From Stegostoma tigrinum (Eukaryota): a DNA stretch of 64,000 nt. Positions 25,461-38,619 of the stretch are shown in pieces (position 1 is the stretch's first letter; each line of letters begins with the position of its first letter). The stretch covers positions 1,116,001 to 1,180,000 of the forward strand of contig NC_081396.1 of the NCBI RefSeq assembly GCF_030684315.1, written 5' to 3'. The position numbers were made by a program, and so were the translations under genes. The notes beneath the pieces are model-generated. The model searched no databases. It was not told the DNA's origin and saw nothing but the letters and a program-made list of their open reading frames with translations.

Positions 25461-26326
25461 AAAAGAGAAAGAGAAGATCTAATACATTTTGATTTCTAAA
25501 AGGCATTTGAGAATACACTGCACGTCTAGCTGCTTAATAACACAAGCCCACTGCGTTGGTAGTATGGGAATACACAAATGGTCGAGGAAGAAGAGTTGCG
25601 TAAAGCAGTTCAGGGCACTTACTGAATTGGATGAAGAAAACCAAGAACTATTGTCATGTTTGCCAATGACACAAGAATTGGGAGGAATGAGACTGGTGAG
25701 GATGACACAAAGGTTCTACAGAATGACATAGAAAGGTACAACGAGGAGACCACATTTAGCCGACAGTAAGTAATGCTTGGCAGAAGAAATAGAAGAGCTG
25801 AATTTTATATATATGTGTAAGGATGACTGAAGACAACAACATGGAGAGATATGGCGGTCCTTCTCTCCTGATGTTATAATGCTAGCATGCAGGATCATAT
25901 GGTAGGAGAGCATGCCTTTGGAATGTTGGCCTTTATTTCAAAGGAATTCAAATTTAGATTATCGCCTTATCTACTCTTGCAAGCATTCAGGTAGCAGTCG
26001 GATTCGAGGGTAATTTGGATTCATTATAATTTTTGTCTGGGTGACTGATACGACTTGTTAGTTCTTGTATCGCCTGCGGTTCTGAAGAAATCCTAACAAA
26101 TGCTCCCAACGATTGTTTTTGTATGACACTGATAATGTATTCTACTATTGTGTGTCTGAGACTGCAGTAATACATGAAGGTGTCAGGCAGCAGCAATCCT
26201 GTGATAGTTAAACTGGTGTAGTTTTTGTTGGTCCAGAATTCTGCAGAGAAATGAATTTCAGCAAGTTCTGCTTTCTGCTCGGCATCTTCAGGGTATTTCA
26301 ATAGTGAAAACTCGGGATGTGAGTTT

Positions 26327-26622
26327 ACATAAGAACATAAGAACTAGGAGCAGGAGTAGGCCATCCGCCCTTTCAGCCTGCTCTGCCATTCAATAAGGTC
26401 ATGGCTGATCTTTTCATGGACCCACATCCACTTAGCCGCACTCTCACTGTATCCTTTAATTCCTTTATTGTTCAAAAAAAAACTACCGTAGGTTTAAAAA
26501 CATTTACTGAAGTAGTGTCAACGACTTCACTGGGGAAAGAGTTCCATAGATTAACAACGCTCTGGGTGAAGAAGTTCCTTCAATGTTCAGTCCTAAATGT
26601 GCTCCCTCTAATTATGACGCTA
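26327..26622 (-). mobile_element. CR1-type LINE 3' end inserted in a V exon, 7-bp TSD
   Basis: Tail acataagaacataagaac; TGAGTTT at 26320-26326 and 26623-26629. Confidence 0.88.
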
Positions 26623-26818
26623 TGAGTTTGTTTGCTGTTCTTACCATAACAACCAATAATAAATCTATGTAGCCTCATAAAAATAGCCCAATGTCACGAT
26701 GTCTCCTTCTGTTCAAACAGCTGTGGAGAGTGACTGAGTGACAAAATCTTCATGACTCAGGTCTGAAAGGGCAAATAGATACCATTTGCAAAAAAAAAAT
26801 CTGATGATGTCAGGTTCA

Positions 26819-27046
26819 CGATAACAAAGTGTGAAGCTGGATGAACACAACAGGCCAAGCAGCATCTCAGGAGCACAAAACATGACGTTTCGGGCCTAGA
26901 CCCTTCATCAGAGAGTTCTCTGATGAAGGGTTTAGGCCCGAAATGTCAGCTTTTGTGCTCCTGAGATGTTGCTTGGCCTGCTGTGTTCATCCAGCTTCAC
27001 ACTTTGTTATCTTGGATTCTCCAGCATCTGCAGTTCCCATTATCAC
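26819..27046. mobile_element. Palindromic Penelope-related non-autonomous element (MER6-like) with hammerhead cores, in the V leader intron
   Basis: ~95-bp inverted arms 26820-26913 / 26918-27011; flanking direct repeat TGATGTCAGG(T/C)TCA at 26805-26818 and 27047-27060; CTGATGA-stem-GAAA on both strands. Confidence 0.85.
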
Positions 27047-30000
27047 TGATGTCAGGCTCAAATGGGTTTTGATAAAGAAAAGTTACATATATTTTCTCCA
27101 CATTTATCTGATAGAAATTTCCACCAAACAACCCAAATGGTGAGTAGCCACATTGTCTCTATTCTCTGCGAAGCAGACAGTCAGATAGTTGAGTCACCCT
27201 TTCTAAAACTCACCCCTCAGAAAACTGTTATCGTGTCTCCAGATGTTCCACCTCAGTGCCTTGTGTGGGATGCTGTGTGGGTGGAACTTTATGAATTGAC
27301 ACACCACGAACTGTGTTACCTTCATTATCCTGAAAATGGAGTGCCCAGTATTAAGATACATCGGTTTCCATTCATGGCAGGAATCCTTCAGAATCAGAGT
27401 AGATTTATTCTCAAGCTGATCTTCTTTTCTTCCCTGTCTCCACATTTTGTTTATGTGGTGTATTTACCAAGTTAATGGGTGCCCCACACTGCCTACGCAC
27501 GTTACCCAGAGGGCTCCAACCCACCCTAAATTCCTTGTGGCCTCATAAACTGACCCGTCTCAAATTACAGATTAGCAAATCACACCAACGTCATCACAGA
27601 GGAAATAGAACCAGTACAGACATGACGGATCGAATGACCACCTTGAGTACGATAGTAATTTTGTGATTCTGCGACCCGGTGATGCCTACTGTATATATAG
27701 GAAACGAGGTGAACACGGCTGAGGTAACTTTCTATAGTCCTGCACATTTTGAGGATGTTCGGCCAGTTTAGAATTGTTGTTTTCTTCCATAATATGGAAC
27801 AGCTGAATCAATATTGAGGGCAGATCTGCACTTCTGTGTTGAGAAATGGGCTAATGACCCATTAGGGTATGGAGGTTAAGAGGAAATCTTTATTGCACTA
27901 GTTCATCTGATATGTGCGTCCATCTATGCCATAATATATATTTGCAAATTCCTAAGTGGCCTTGTAAAGATGGTACTGAAATAGCTTTTCAAACGCTGCA
28001 GTCCTTAGGTTATGAGGACATCAAAATATTTTTACAGTAGGGTTACTTAGTTTTCACCAAGTGATAATGATTTCCACTTCAAGATGGTGCGTGGCTAAGA
28101 TGGCTTCCAGGGCCGTCTCACCCATCTGCTGCCCTTGGCCTTCCAGATGGTTGAGATCACATTGGGAAGTGCCGTCTCAGGAAGAATGTGCGCTAGTTGC
28201 TGCAAATCCTCCAGATAATGCACTCTTTGCTACTGCGTGTATTCCTACCGGGATTTGAAGTGCACCTTCTTTCATTGAAATCAATCATATATATTGATTC
28301 CTGTTCAACACAGGAACTTAGTCCGTGCTTTCTGTCAATCTGGGTGTACAGCATATATAAAATGGGGAGCTTCGAGACTTTGATAAACTTTTTTTTAATC
28401 TTCTGGGATAACTCCAGGAAGAGTGATGCTGGATTCTTGAACAGTTGCAGTGCCAATGCTGTAGAAAAATCTTTGAAGCCCTTTGGAAGAGTATTCCAGG
28501 ATTTTAATCCAGCAAAACTGTAGGAACGTTGAATAATTCCAAGTCAGGACGGTGAGTGGCATCGATGGGAATTTACAGATGGTGGTGGTTCCACGTGTCT
28601 GTTGCTCCTTTCCTTCCAGATGACAATGGTTTTGGTTTTGTGAGATGCTGATATGGATCTCTGAACAATGTCTACAGTGCACATTGTTGAGAGTACACTG
28701 CTGCTACTGTGTGATAATGTTGGAGGGAGTCCATGATTCGGGATGTGGTATCAATTTGCAAGCTGCCTTGTTCAAGATAGTGCCAAGCCTCATAGTGTTG
28801 TGGGAGCCACAGCCATCTGGCAAGTTGGGAGTATTCAATCACACTCCTGAGTCGTGGCAGTAGATGGCAGACAAGTTGTGAGTAGTCAGGAGCCGAGATA
28901 CATGCTGCTAACTTCTTTGTTGCTGACTTATGCTTTCAGCCTTTGCGTTCTTTGGAAAGTCCAGTTGAGTTTCTGGTCAATCGTAACCCCTAGTTCTCAA
29001 TAGTGCGAGATTCTGTGATGATAACACAATAGAAGGCCACAGTGTGGCTCTTATATTGTCTCTGGTTGGAGCTGTACATTACCTGGCATTTGTATGGAAC
29101 GAATGTTCTTTGCCATTTGTTAGCTGAAGCCTAGATATTGTTCGAATATTGTTGCATTTGGGCATGGGCTGCTTCAGTATCTGAGGAGTCACGAAAGGGG
29201 CTCAGCATTCTGCAATCATTGGCACCACAACAGTCTATGGGATGTAGTCATTCGTTGGAGGTGCATACACGGTTGAGAATTAGAGGTAATGGACAGAAGG
29301 AATGAGACAATTGGGAAACAGTGAGGAAAGAGCAAGACTTCAGAATCTCACAGACAGATTCTTGGAAGATTGTATTTCAAAGTTGAGATAGACCTCATTA
29401 TAATCATTAAAGAAATCACAGATTGTGGGGAAAATTCGGGAAAGTGGATTTGAGGATGATCTGAACAACTGCAATCTGACTAACTGGTGGAACATTCTTG
29501 ATGGCCTGAGTCTCCATCCTCTGTTTTTCTGTCTTATGTTGTTATGACAATATGATGGCAGCCAAATGATACAGTAGGCTTGTCGACATAAACCTCTATG
29601 CAGTGAGTCGTGAAGACCTGCAAGACAGGATCAAGTTACTGGTTGAGAGGAATAGAACGGGAGGCTTTCATAATGTTGTCAGAGAAATGCATATAAACAG
29701 AACAGCCTACAAGCATTGACTCTGTGAAAGCAATAGTGAAGAGAGGATCAGTAGCGAAGCAGTAATGTGAAATAATAGATTGATAGACAAAGGATTGAAT
29801 TATCTCCTCTTACTCTTTACAGTAATCTGAATCGATGATTGGATGAGAATATGGTGTTTGGTGTTTCTTATGGGTTGTTGTAAAGGTCTGGATCCGATCA
29901 AACTCGCCATGTTTCAGTGGACAATAACATGGACTGGTGCCTGACATTGTCAACATTCTGATATTCAAAGCAAATAGACTGTTTGGAAGGTTTTTGGAAG

Positions 30001-32454
30001 TAGTGATTTATTGAACGTATTGATTCAAACCTTTGGTTTATTCATTAATGCGCCAAACACTTGCATGCAATTCCTTGGGCTTTGTCAGTACCAGTACATG
30101 ATACAATTATTCAAATTGAACCTGCTGGTTTTACAGGTCTGTCTCAGATATTTTCTAATGATTCCTGTTTGTGTCCTTGTTACTGGCGGCATGAACATCA
30201 TCACTCATGGGACAGTTAGCAAAGTAAAACAGCATTAATTAAAATGGCTTGACTCCAGGCTATGAGAAAAATTACCAGAGATCGGATAAGCAGAGGAACT
30301 AAGTGCCTTGTTAAAATTGAGAATAATTGTAGTATACACTCGATAAGTTGTAACATTAAACGAGACTAGCTGTCCTCCAGGGACTCAGTGAGAGAAAAAA
30401 AAATGTTTGTAAGCTTGTGGATTTCTCATCCTCTGCCAGAGAGTTTTGTGAATCGGCCAAGGCGGGACATGGTTGACGACACGTACTATTGATTGTTTGT
30501 AAACGAATTCAGATGGAAATGCACGAGATTCTTAACATCCACCGTAGGCTGGGCGGCAGCACTGACTCATTGTCAAGTTACTTGAATGAATTGAGAATCA
30601 GTGCCTGCCACACACAAAAAAGGGCTCATTTACTACGATTCCCAGACTCCTGCCTGTCAACCAAATGTCGACCTGGGCCAACACATCTTTTCCATTCCCA
30701 TATGGTTGATTGTTGCCCATTAACGTTTTGAGTGGGAATTTATCAAAAATGTCTGAAAATTCAATACATTGCATCCATTGGTTTTCCTTTATCTATTCTA
30801 CGAGTTATTTCCTGAAAACCTCTGGTAGGTTTGTTAATCATGATTTGCAGGGAACAAAAAAGTACTTAGCTGCTCAAATGTTAATGGAGTGTGGTGGAAG
30901 CTGATTGAACGAGGATTTCAAGCGATATGGTTATTTGGATAGAAATGATGTACATAGATATGGGAAAAGGCAGAATACTGACACAACGTACTGGAACAGA
31001 TGCAAGCCACGATTGGTTGAATATCTTTCGACAGCATCATAAATATTCTGTGATTTTGTCAAGCACTGAAGCCCACCTACCCTACCAGCGCAGCGTCTCT
31101 TGCAATGTGCAATTAATTTTTGGAAACGTAGTTTTGTTTGTAACATAGAAAGCCAGATTATATATTCAGAAAGGCTAACAAACCAGCAACGAGAAGTGGT
31201 AGAATGATCCATTATTGAATCGTGCTTTCGGATGCTTCTGTTTTAATTCATTCATGTCACGTTGTGTCGCTAGCTGTGCCAGTGATTATTCTTGCCCATT
31301 CCTAAATGCTCTGGAGAAGAAGCAGTTGGGATTCCTTCTTGAACGATTGTAGTCCTTCGGATAAAGGGGTACCTTTTTTTTCCATGAAGGCTTTCTTGGA
31401 TATTGTCCAGCGACTATGAATGAAGAAAAATTTGTTTCAAAAAATTATTGACAGGATGTGGAGTTCAATGACTGCGTCAACATTTCCTACCCACCTCTAA
31501 TTTAACACAGGGCAGTTAGGAGTTTACCGTATTGCTGTAAGTCTGGAGTTATATGTGGACCAGGAAAGGTAAAGATGACAGATTTCCACCAGTTAAATGA
31601 TTTTTTGTTTTGAATAAGGTAGGCTTTTTCAGCATTCGACATTGATTATTGTTTGATTCTCAGTGAATTCAAGTTCTGCCATCGACAATACTGGGAATCA
31701 AAACCATTTCGCCAGAACATGAGTCATGTTTGTGCACTAATTGTCTAATGATAATACCACTTGGCCTTCATCTCCCCACTTCTGAGACGGTCTGTTAAGG
31801 GTGAGAGTGCAAACTACAAAAGGTTCTCCTTTACGTCCCTGAAAATGGTAGGCAACACAGGTTCCGAAATTGCTGTGTAAAGAGTGTCGTTTTCTATTCA
31901 CAGTGAGTCTTATAGATGGTGGGCACTGCAGCTATGGAGCATCATGATATAATGGTTGCAGGTGAGTTTCACTGAAAATTTTCAAGTGTCAAAGTCTGCA
32001 GCTGCAAGAATAAATGTGAGAAATTGCTCTTGTTCTACAATGTGAAATAATGACAGCAGTATGGGGTTCGTTTTTTCTAAGTTCTGGGAGATTTGGAACA
32101 GGAAATTTTTTTGGTCTGTGGCGAAATTTCGGGACTATTGAGTGCACTCTAATGGTAGAGTAGGTGTGATTGTATGAACTCTTACACAGGAAGTTTCTAA
32201 TATCTGTCAATTTCGACCAAGTTACTGGTAGAGAGAAACGAAAACCTTCATTTTAAGTTTTAACCAGATAACTGAACATATACAAAGGAGGTTAAAAATC
32301 TTGGTTTTGTAGAAATACTAGGGCGAGGGAATAATTGAGTGGCAATCTGAAACAGAAGGGCTGAAAGATCTCCTGTTTCTTATTTTGATATCCTGATTAA
32401 TTCATCTGTTGTTATCGATGTGATGAGTAGAAAATACTACATCTCCTTCTGTGG

Positions 32455-32936
32455 GCGCTTACACAAATCTGGAACTGAGTCCACTATCTTTTAGTGGACA
32501 ATGAACTTCATACTGTTTGACATAGTCCTTGTTTTGATACCAAAAACAAATATATCGCATGAAAGGTTTTTCGAATCAGTAACTCTCTGTCAAACGTCAG
32601 GATTAAGTTACTGGTTGCATTTAGGGTAGCAGCAAACAAACATTGCAGGCCATTTCAGGAAATTTGCCAGTAGTAGTGAACAGGAGCTGCCCAAATTGAA
32701 CCCGCTCGTTTCACGGGTCAGTCTCAGAATGTCTCCAGAATTTCCGCCTTTGCTTATGGCTGATTGAACACCGTCTCCGCCTGGCACTTTGTAAAGTAAA
32801 GCAGCATTTACTAAAGCGACACACACTGCATTATGTAACTTTTCCCAGTGAGGCAATTAATGGAGAAGCAGAAAGCTTTGCTCAATTTGAGATGAGAAAG
32901 TGAGAAAGAGCGGAAAGATTTCGGCAAAACCTTCAT
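32455..32936 (-). pseudogene. Highly degenerate IgH-like (TAILV-like) V pseudogene
   Basis: LRLTRETSGFNLGSS, VHYYWQIS*NGLQC, NPDV*QRVTDSKNLSCDIFVFGIKT..MSNS; 3' flank acagaaggagatgtagtattttc matches the flank of the intact V (8541-8562); leader remnant ~32936-32890. Confidence 0.82.
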
Positions 32937-34614
32937 TCCAGATGCTGAGTTAAATGAGAAAATCTGCTCCTTGCCACTCACTGACAAATCAGGTGGCAGA
33001 TGATTAGATTCTATCCCTCGATAGAATTTGATAGAGTTTGTTGAAGGGGTAGAACCGAGGACGCAACTTTTCAGTCCTCTACAATCAAAATTTTATGTAA
33101 GTAGACAAGGATCTATACATCCAACAGATTTTGGAAAGAAGCACCGACTCACTGTGAACATTGGAGAAGTGAATGAATTGTGCGTCACTGTGTCACTGAA
33201 AACAAAAACAAAATAATTTACGTACGTTCTGAGTCCTGCCAATTGACTAAATTCCGATCCGTGACAATTATGTGACGTGGTTACTTGTAAGATGAATGGA
33301 ACTGTTTCTGAAAATCCAAATGTACCGAATCTAGCGTAGCAACCCTATCGATTCTATTGGTCACTTCATCATGTTCTTAGCTAATCACAGTTTGCATTTC
33401 ATAAATCCATTCTGTTTTATCTGATTCTATTTTATCCAGAGATACATAATGTTACAAAGGAATTAAGGTTGACGTGGGAATCGAGTATTTTAGCAACAAT
33501 ATATTGCGATATGAAACAATGTGCCTGTATGACCCTGGAACCGCTAACTTCTCTTCCATTGAAGAGGTGTGACATATGTTCGAGGAAGAGAAATGCATGT
33601 TGGTCAGCTGTGTGAAAAATAGGGCAATGCAATGAGTTGAATCACTCTGTTCAGAACTGGCCAAGTAACTAAAACATGAAGTGCCTCCTCCTGTGCCACC
33701 CAGTCGTGTGTCATGTAGGCAACGATGTTTTGGGCGAAATCTTGGATTCCAGGAATAGGAATCAGTCTATTGCTTCAACCATTTCGCATCATCATGTCCA
33801 GAATTTTAATCAAAAGGCGACATTGCAAAGCATTTTCAAATTCAAATGAATCCATATAATAAATTGCATGAAAATAATGCAAAAATGGCAACATGGATTA
33901 TTTTACACTGCAATGTGCAATGTGCAATATGTTTACATGTGTATGTCTGCGTGTATAGCTGCGTGGCAGAATGAGCGCTTGTCCATCTGCGTGTGTGTCT
34001 CTGTCTGTCCTCTGTATATCTCTAGTGACTGTTGGCATGTGCTTGTTGTCTGTCACTCTTATTCGTACTGGACCTTATAGCTAGGTATGTGCAAGTGTCT
34101 GTTTGTTTATGCCAGCTTGTGAGTAATTAGAAATACTTTTTTTCTGCACAGGTGAGTACGTAGCAGAATAAACTAATTAAAAATTGACAATGCCATAATC
34201 CTGACTCACTGGCTAGTTTTACGTGATGCATTTCCACTCTCTGCTGGGAGAGATGTTACTTTACAAATGGAGAGAAAAATCATGAGGCGTTCGTTGTGCA
34301 TATCAGCACTCCGTACCATGAAATCTAACTGTATCAAAAATTATAGATTGACGTTATATGAAGGTTATATGATGCTTTTGTCCATGGAATTTAAAAGAAA
34401 ATGTTTATATTTGATTATGTATTGTATCTTTGTGCGTCTGGGCCTCTCAACAGTTTTATTTTCAGCTGCTCTGGGTAACAGTTGACTGTCAGTTTGATCT
34501 GAGGTTAGTTTTGTTTCCTCTCATTACCAGTTTGAGCTCGTTACATCACATTTCATTCACCTGGGAATCTGCACAAACTTCAACAGGCAAAACGTCAATC
34601 CAAGATAAACAGGC

Positions 34615-34653
34615 AGTTATTGTACAGGAGTGAGACTGTTTCTCATCACTGTT
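34615..34653 (-). other. 23-RSS with mutated first base
   Basis: AACAGTG (34653-34647)-23-ACAATAACT (34623-34615). Confidence 0.9.
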
Positions 34654-35106
34654 CTTGAACGTGCAGTGATATACAGCAGCGCCAGTAAGCTCCAGCGTGG
34701 TGATAGTCAAACTGCTGTACTTCCTCGAGGGCTGAAGTTCAATGGAGAAGCGATTTTTCATAAAATCTGCTTTATCCTCAACATCAAGAATATCTTTGCT
34801 AATGATATACCTGGGCTGTGTGCCTGGATTCTGCCTGTACCAGGACAATGCATAGCTGCTCAAAGTAGTATCATAGGTACAGTTGAGAGTCACTGCCTCT
34901 CCTTCAGTTCGCGTATCTAATGAGAGTGGCTGAATGGCAGAATCTCCATGAATCAGGTCTGAAAGGGAAAAAAAGTTATCAAGTTCTGAATGTCTCAATG
35001 GTGACAGCTTAAAATAAGAATTTGCAACAAAGTATAAGAATGTATTTCCTCCTCGTTTACCTGTAACAAATGCTCCCCACACAACACAGATGCTAAGTCG
35101 CAGCAT
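34654..35106 (-). CDS. TCR alpha/delta-type V segment with an open reading frame but a defective RSS heptamer (leader 35106-35061, V exon 34958-34654)
   Basis: Leader MLRLSICVVWGAFVT(G)|gtaaac. Exon reads DLIHGDSAIQPLSLDTRTEGEAVTLNCTYDTTLSSYALSWYRQNPGTQPRYIISKDILDVEDKADFMKNRFSIELQPSRKYSSLTITTLELTGAAVYHCTFK, with no stops. Confidence 0.9.
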
Positions 35107-35336
35107 TTTCACTGTTCCTTATGCAACAGAGCAGTCGGATATTTGAAGACACCATCCTAAAATCCCGCCCACAGTAAACTGATGTCATACGTCTGGATGT
35201 TCCCACCTCTTTTTCTTTTTTGAAGGTGATGATTGAGGGCACGGACAGTCGAGATGACATTCAGTGAATTCACAGATTCTGAGATGGATTTTAGATAATG
35301 TTCTTAACGCCAAGACACAAGCAACTGATACATTTA

Positions 35337-36140
35337 TGAACATAAGAACATAAGAACTAAGAGCAGGAGTAGGCTATCTGCACCCTCGAGCCTGTCCCGC
35401 CATTTAATAAGATCATAGCTGATCTTTGAGACTCAACTCCACTTACCTGTCCACTCATTATTACCCTTAATATCTTTACTGTTCAAAAATTTATCTAGCC
35501 TTGCCATAAAAACATACAGCGAGCTAGCTTGAACCATGTCATTGGGTAGTGGCTTCCACAGATTCACAACCTTTCGGGTGAAGAAGTTCCTACAGGCCTC
35601 AGTCCAAAATCTGCTTCCTTTTATTTTGAGGTGATGCCCTCTAGTCTGAGTTTCAACTGCCAGCGGAAGCCACCTCCCTGCCTCCACCTTATCTATTCCC
35701 TTCATAATCTTATATGTTTCTAAAAGATCTCCCCTCAGTCTTCTGACTTCCAATGAGTATGATCCCAGTATACTCAATCTCTCCTCATAACTTAACCCCC
35801 TCAACCCTGGAATCAATCGAGTGAATCTCCTCTGCACCCTCTCCAGTACTATGTCTCTTCTCAAGTAAGGAAGCCAAAACTGCACACAGTACTGTAGGTG
35901 TGGCCCCACCAGGACCGTATACAGCTGCAACATAGCCTCCCCGTTTTTAAACTCCATCCTTTAGCAATGGTAGGCAAAACTCTATTTGCCTTTTTAATTA
36001 CCTGCTGCACCTGCAATCCTACTTTTAGTGATTCATGCACAGAAACACCCAACTCCCTCTGCACAACAGCGTGCTTCAAATTTTTTTTAACTATTTACAA
36101 CATAATCCGTTTTATTGTTGTTCCTACCAAAATAGATGAT
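35337..36140 (-). mobile_element. CR1-type LINE 3' portion
   Basis: PHLQYCVQFW..LERVQRRFTRLIPG..NFFTRKVVNLW; tail cataagaacataagaac. Confidence 0.92.
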
Positions 36141-36361
36141 TGGTTTCCATTGATGGTAAGGAAATTCTCAGATTTTCAGAAGTTTAACTTTGAAGACTAC
36201 ACATTCAGCCACAATCCTCAACTTACCAATTAGCCTATAGATGGTATAGTTGAGAATCACACGCACCTGTAATTCTGCAGGCCCCATAAACTGTCTGCTT
36301 TGAATTGAAATCCCTGAAATCCCAATTCCCGCATCACCCAACTCAATCTCAACTTTCAGGG

Positions 36362-36462
36362 CCAAAAACAAAGTTTGCTGGAAAAGCTCAGCAGGTCTGG
36401 CAGCATCTGTGGAGGAGAAAACAGAGTGTACATTTCGGGTCCAGTGATCCTTCCTCAGAACT
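36362..36462. mobile_element. Single-arm Penelope-related short repeat (related copies at ~4815-4940, 42012-42140, 51430-51550, 56720-56890)
   Basis: aaaaca.agtt.gctggaaaagctcagcaggtctggcagcatctg..tttcgggtccagtgatccttcctcag; the minus strand carries CTGAGGA..GAAA. Confidence 0.65.
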
Positions 36463-37193
36463 CAACTTTGTCGCTAACTTTGATATAACTTTCATCAGTT
36501 TTTCTTTTATTCTGAATCTCTATTCTTGTTTTTCTGCATTCAGACCGAACAACACAGCTCTGCCTCTCTTGTTTCCCCTCAGTATCTTTCACCGGGCTTA
36601 GTTCAACTTCCCACTATGGGTATCTTTTTTGACTGATTACAGAAGCTTCATAGAACTGGACCCACGTTACATCTTAATAATGTCATAGTACCTGTAGCTA
36701 TTAACACCCTTGGTTTCTGTTTGAACATGTGTTTGTATACGCTTGTGCCCATGTGGGAGATTCAGTGTTGATATTTGTTTTCATCGGTAAATTCAGTCGT
36801 AATTACTTACGTGTATTTGTCTGTTTGTCAATATGACTGGCCAGTTGTGCATATTTGTTTTGAGGTTTTTTTCCTGAGCATTTCAATGTATGTACATGTT
36901 GTGCAGTCAGTTGATCTGTCCGTCTCCGTGTCCCATGAAATAAAACAACTCAAAAGATGAGAAATATTCATCTGATTCGCTGCTCCACTGTTCTAATGAG
37001 AGTGCAGAAACAGATGGCTACTGCATCAGAAGATAAATTATTTGAAAGATGACAATGAATGATTTTTGAAAAAAGTGTCACTGCCTCATTCCTTGTTTCA
37101 TTCCGTTGAATTTATCATGATGCAATACACCTTGTTTGGTGAATTCCCACTTCTGCATAACAGGAAGGCGAAGCTCACCACGTTTGACACAGT

Positions 37194-37490
37194 GGCACAG
37201 TGACACAGTGGTAATTAGCACTGCCTCACAGCACCAGTGACCCTGGCTCCGTTTCCAGCCTCGGGTGACTGTCTGTGTGGAGTTTACACATTCTCCTGGT
37301 GTCTGCGTGGTTTTCCTCTGGGTTTTCTGGTTTCTGCCCACAGGTGCTGGTTAAGCGAATTGGCGATGCTAAATTGTCCATAATGTCAAAGGTGAGAAAT
37401 ACAGGAAGAGTGTAGAGTGGGAAGTCTTCGGAGGGATGGTGTGGACTTGATAGGGCGAATCGCCTGCTTCCACACTGTTTGGATTCTATG
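37194..37490 (+). mobile_element. HE1-like tRNA-derived SINE
   Basis: ggcacagtg..ttagcactgcctcacagcacc..gtgtggagttt.cacattctcc..ccacactgt..ggattctatg. Confidence 0.85.
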
Positions 37491-38540
37491 ATAATTCAAT
37501 TACAGTGAGGGTAGTATTTGGCGCCATTCAACCTGATGGCAGCATCAACTCATGCATAGGCAGTCTTCGTTGCTTTTAACTCTGTGAGCAGTTGAACTTA
37601 CTAAATTCAATGATGATAATTTAATGACTATTTTGTCCTAAGTTTACCTTTGGTCGCCAGCCTGTCATTCTGAACATTCCCTTAACTTTCTCCCGTGTTA
37701 TTTTTCTGGAGTTATAGTCCACAATTTGTTGAGAATATGTTTTGCTTAGAATGAATTTCTAGATCAGGGATGATTTTTACAGGCTGAACAGATCTCACAA
37801 TGTAATAGGCACAATATGTAAAACAGAAATTTATCCAGATTATCCTCAATATCATTTATATTTCAGACGGCTTCCCAAATGCTGCAAAATGGTCCTTAAT
37901 TTTTTGGTTGGTTGATGACAATTAACAGACAGTTATTTTTCACCACCCTTGGACACTGAAATGTTCATCCACTCCCATGGCAGCACCAAAAACTTCACAC
38001 AAGATTAGATTATACTTTTCAAGAGCCTGATGTCTGCAGACAAAGGACTAAGAGCAAATATGTTTTGTGTTTATCACCGTGAGTTTAATTCTTCAATATA
38101 TAAATGTGCAGGGACTTTGGTGGGTGGCATTGGATCCGTACGTTTGAACCAGGAAGACCGTGCTGAAGTCCGACCTGGTCAGGGCATGAAAGTTTTTCAC
38201 CGGAAGTATGCTGAGTTTGGTTTCCACTTCTGAGAGAATGTAAGACATGACGGTGCAATCTCAGAATTAAAATGTACATATTTAAGACAGATCTGAATGT
38301 ATGAATCTGTATGGTTATTTGCTACAGAGGGCAGTGAATACTGGATCATCCATTGCAATACTTTTCACTATATCTCAATGCATACAACAATCAAATTAAA
38401 TCAAATTAAACATTCAAGGGTGAAACAAACATTGCTTTTAAATTAGAGAGGGAATCCAGTGCTATGAGGAACAGACAGTAAAATGGATTTTAGAATGATT
38501 AGATTGGCCATGATCTCACTGCGAGTGAAAAGCACCAAAT

Positions 38541-38619
38541 GGTCTGAAGTCAGACGATGTGATATATTCTTGTTGACGGTTACAGTGAGACAGATCATAT
38601 TCATACCTATTCAAAACCC
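38541..38619 (+). pseudogene. Orphan IgH-like V 3' end (FR3 tail + degenerate 23-RSS)
   Basis: tcagacgatgtgatatattcttgt (SDDVIYSC) + TACAGTG (38581-38587)-23-TCAAAACCC; spacer begins agacagatca, as in the 52.9-kb V. Confidence 0.7.

Larger units (their letters stand above)
26114..27153 (-). pseudogene. TCR alpha/delta-type V pseudogene split by a LINE fragment
   Basis: Leader MWLLTIWVVWWKFLS 27153-27108 (donor GT->AT). Exon from 26762 reads DLSHEDFVTQSLSTAV*TEGDIVTL.., with an insertion in FR2, then ..KAELAEIHFSAEF..YTSLTITGLLLPDTFMYYCSLR. RSS CACAATA (26152-26146)-23-ACAAAAACA (26122-26114). Confidence 0.92.

Noticed and set aside
37188-37210. Three clustered CACAGTG heptamers
   Set aside because: Part of the HE1-like SINE 5' end; no nonamer.
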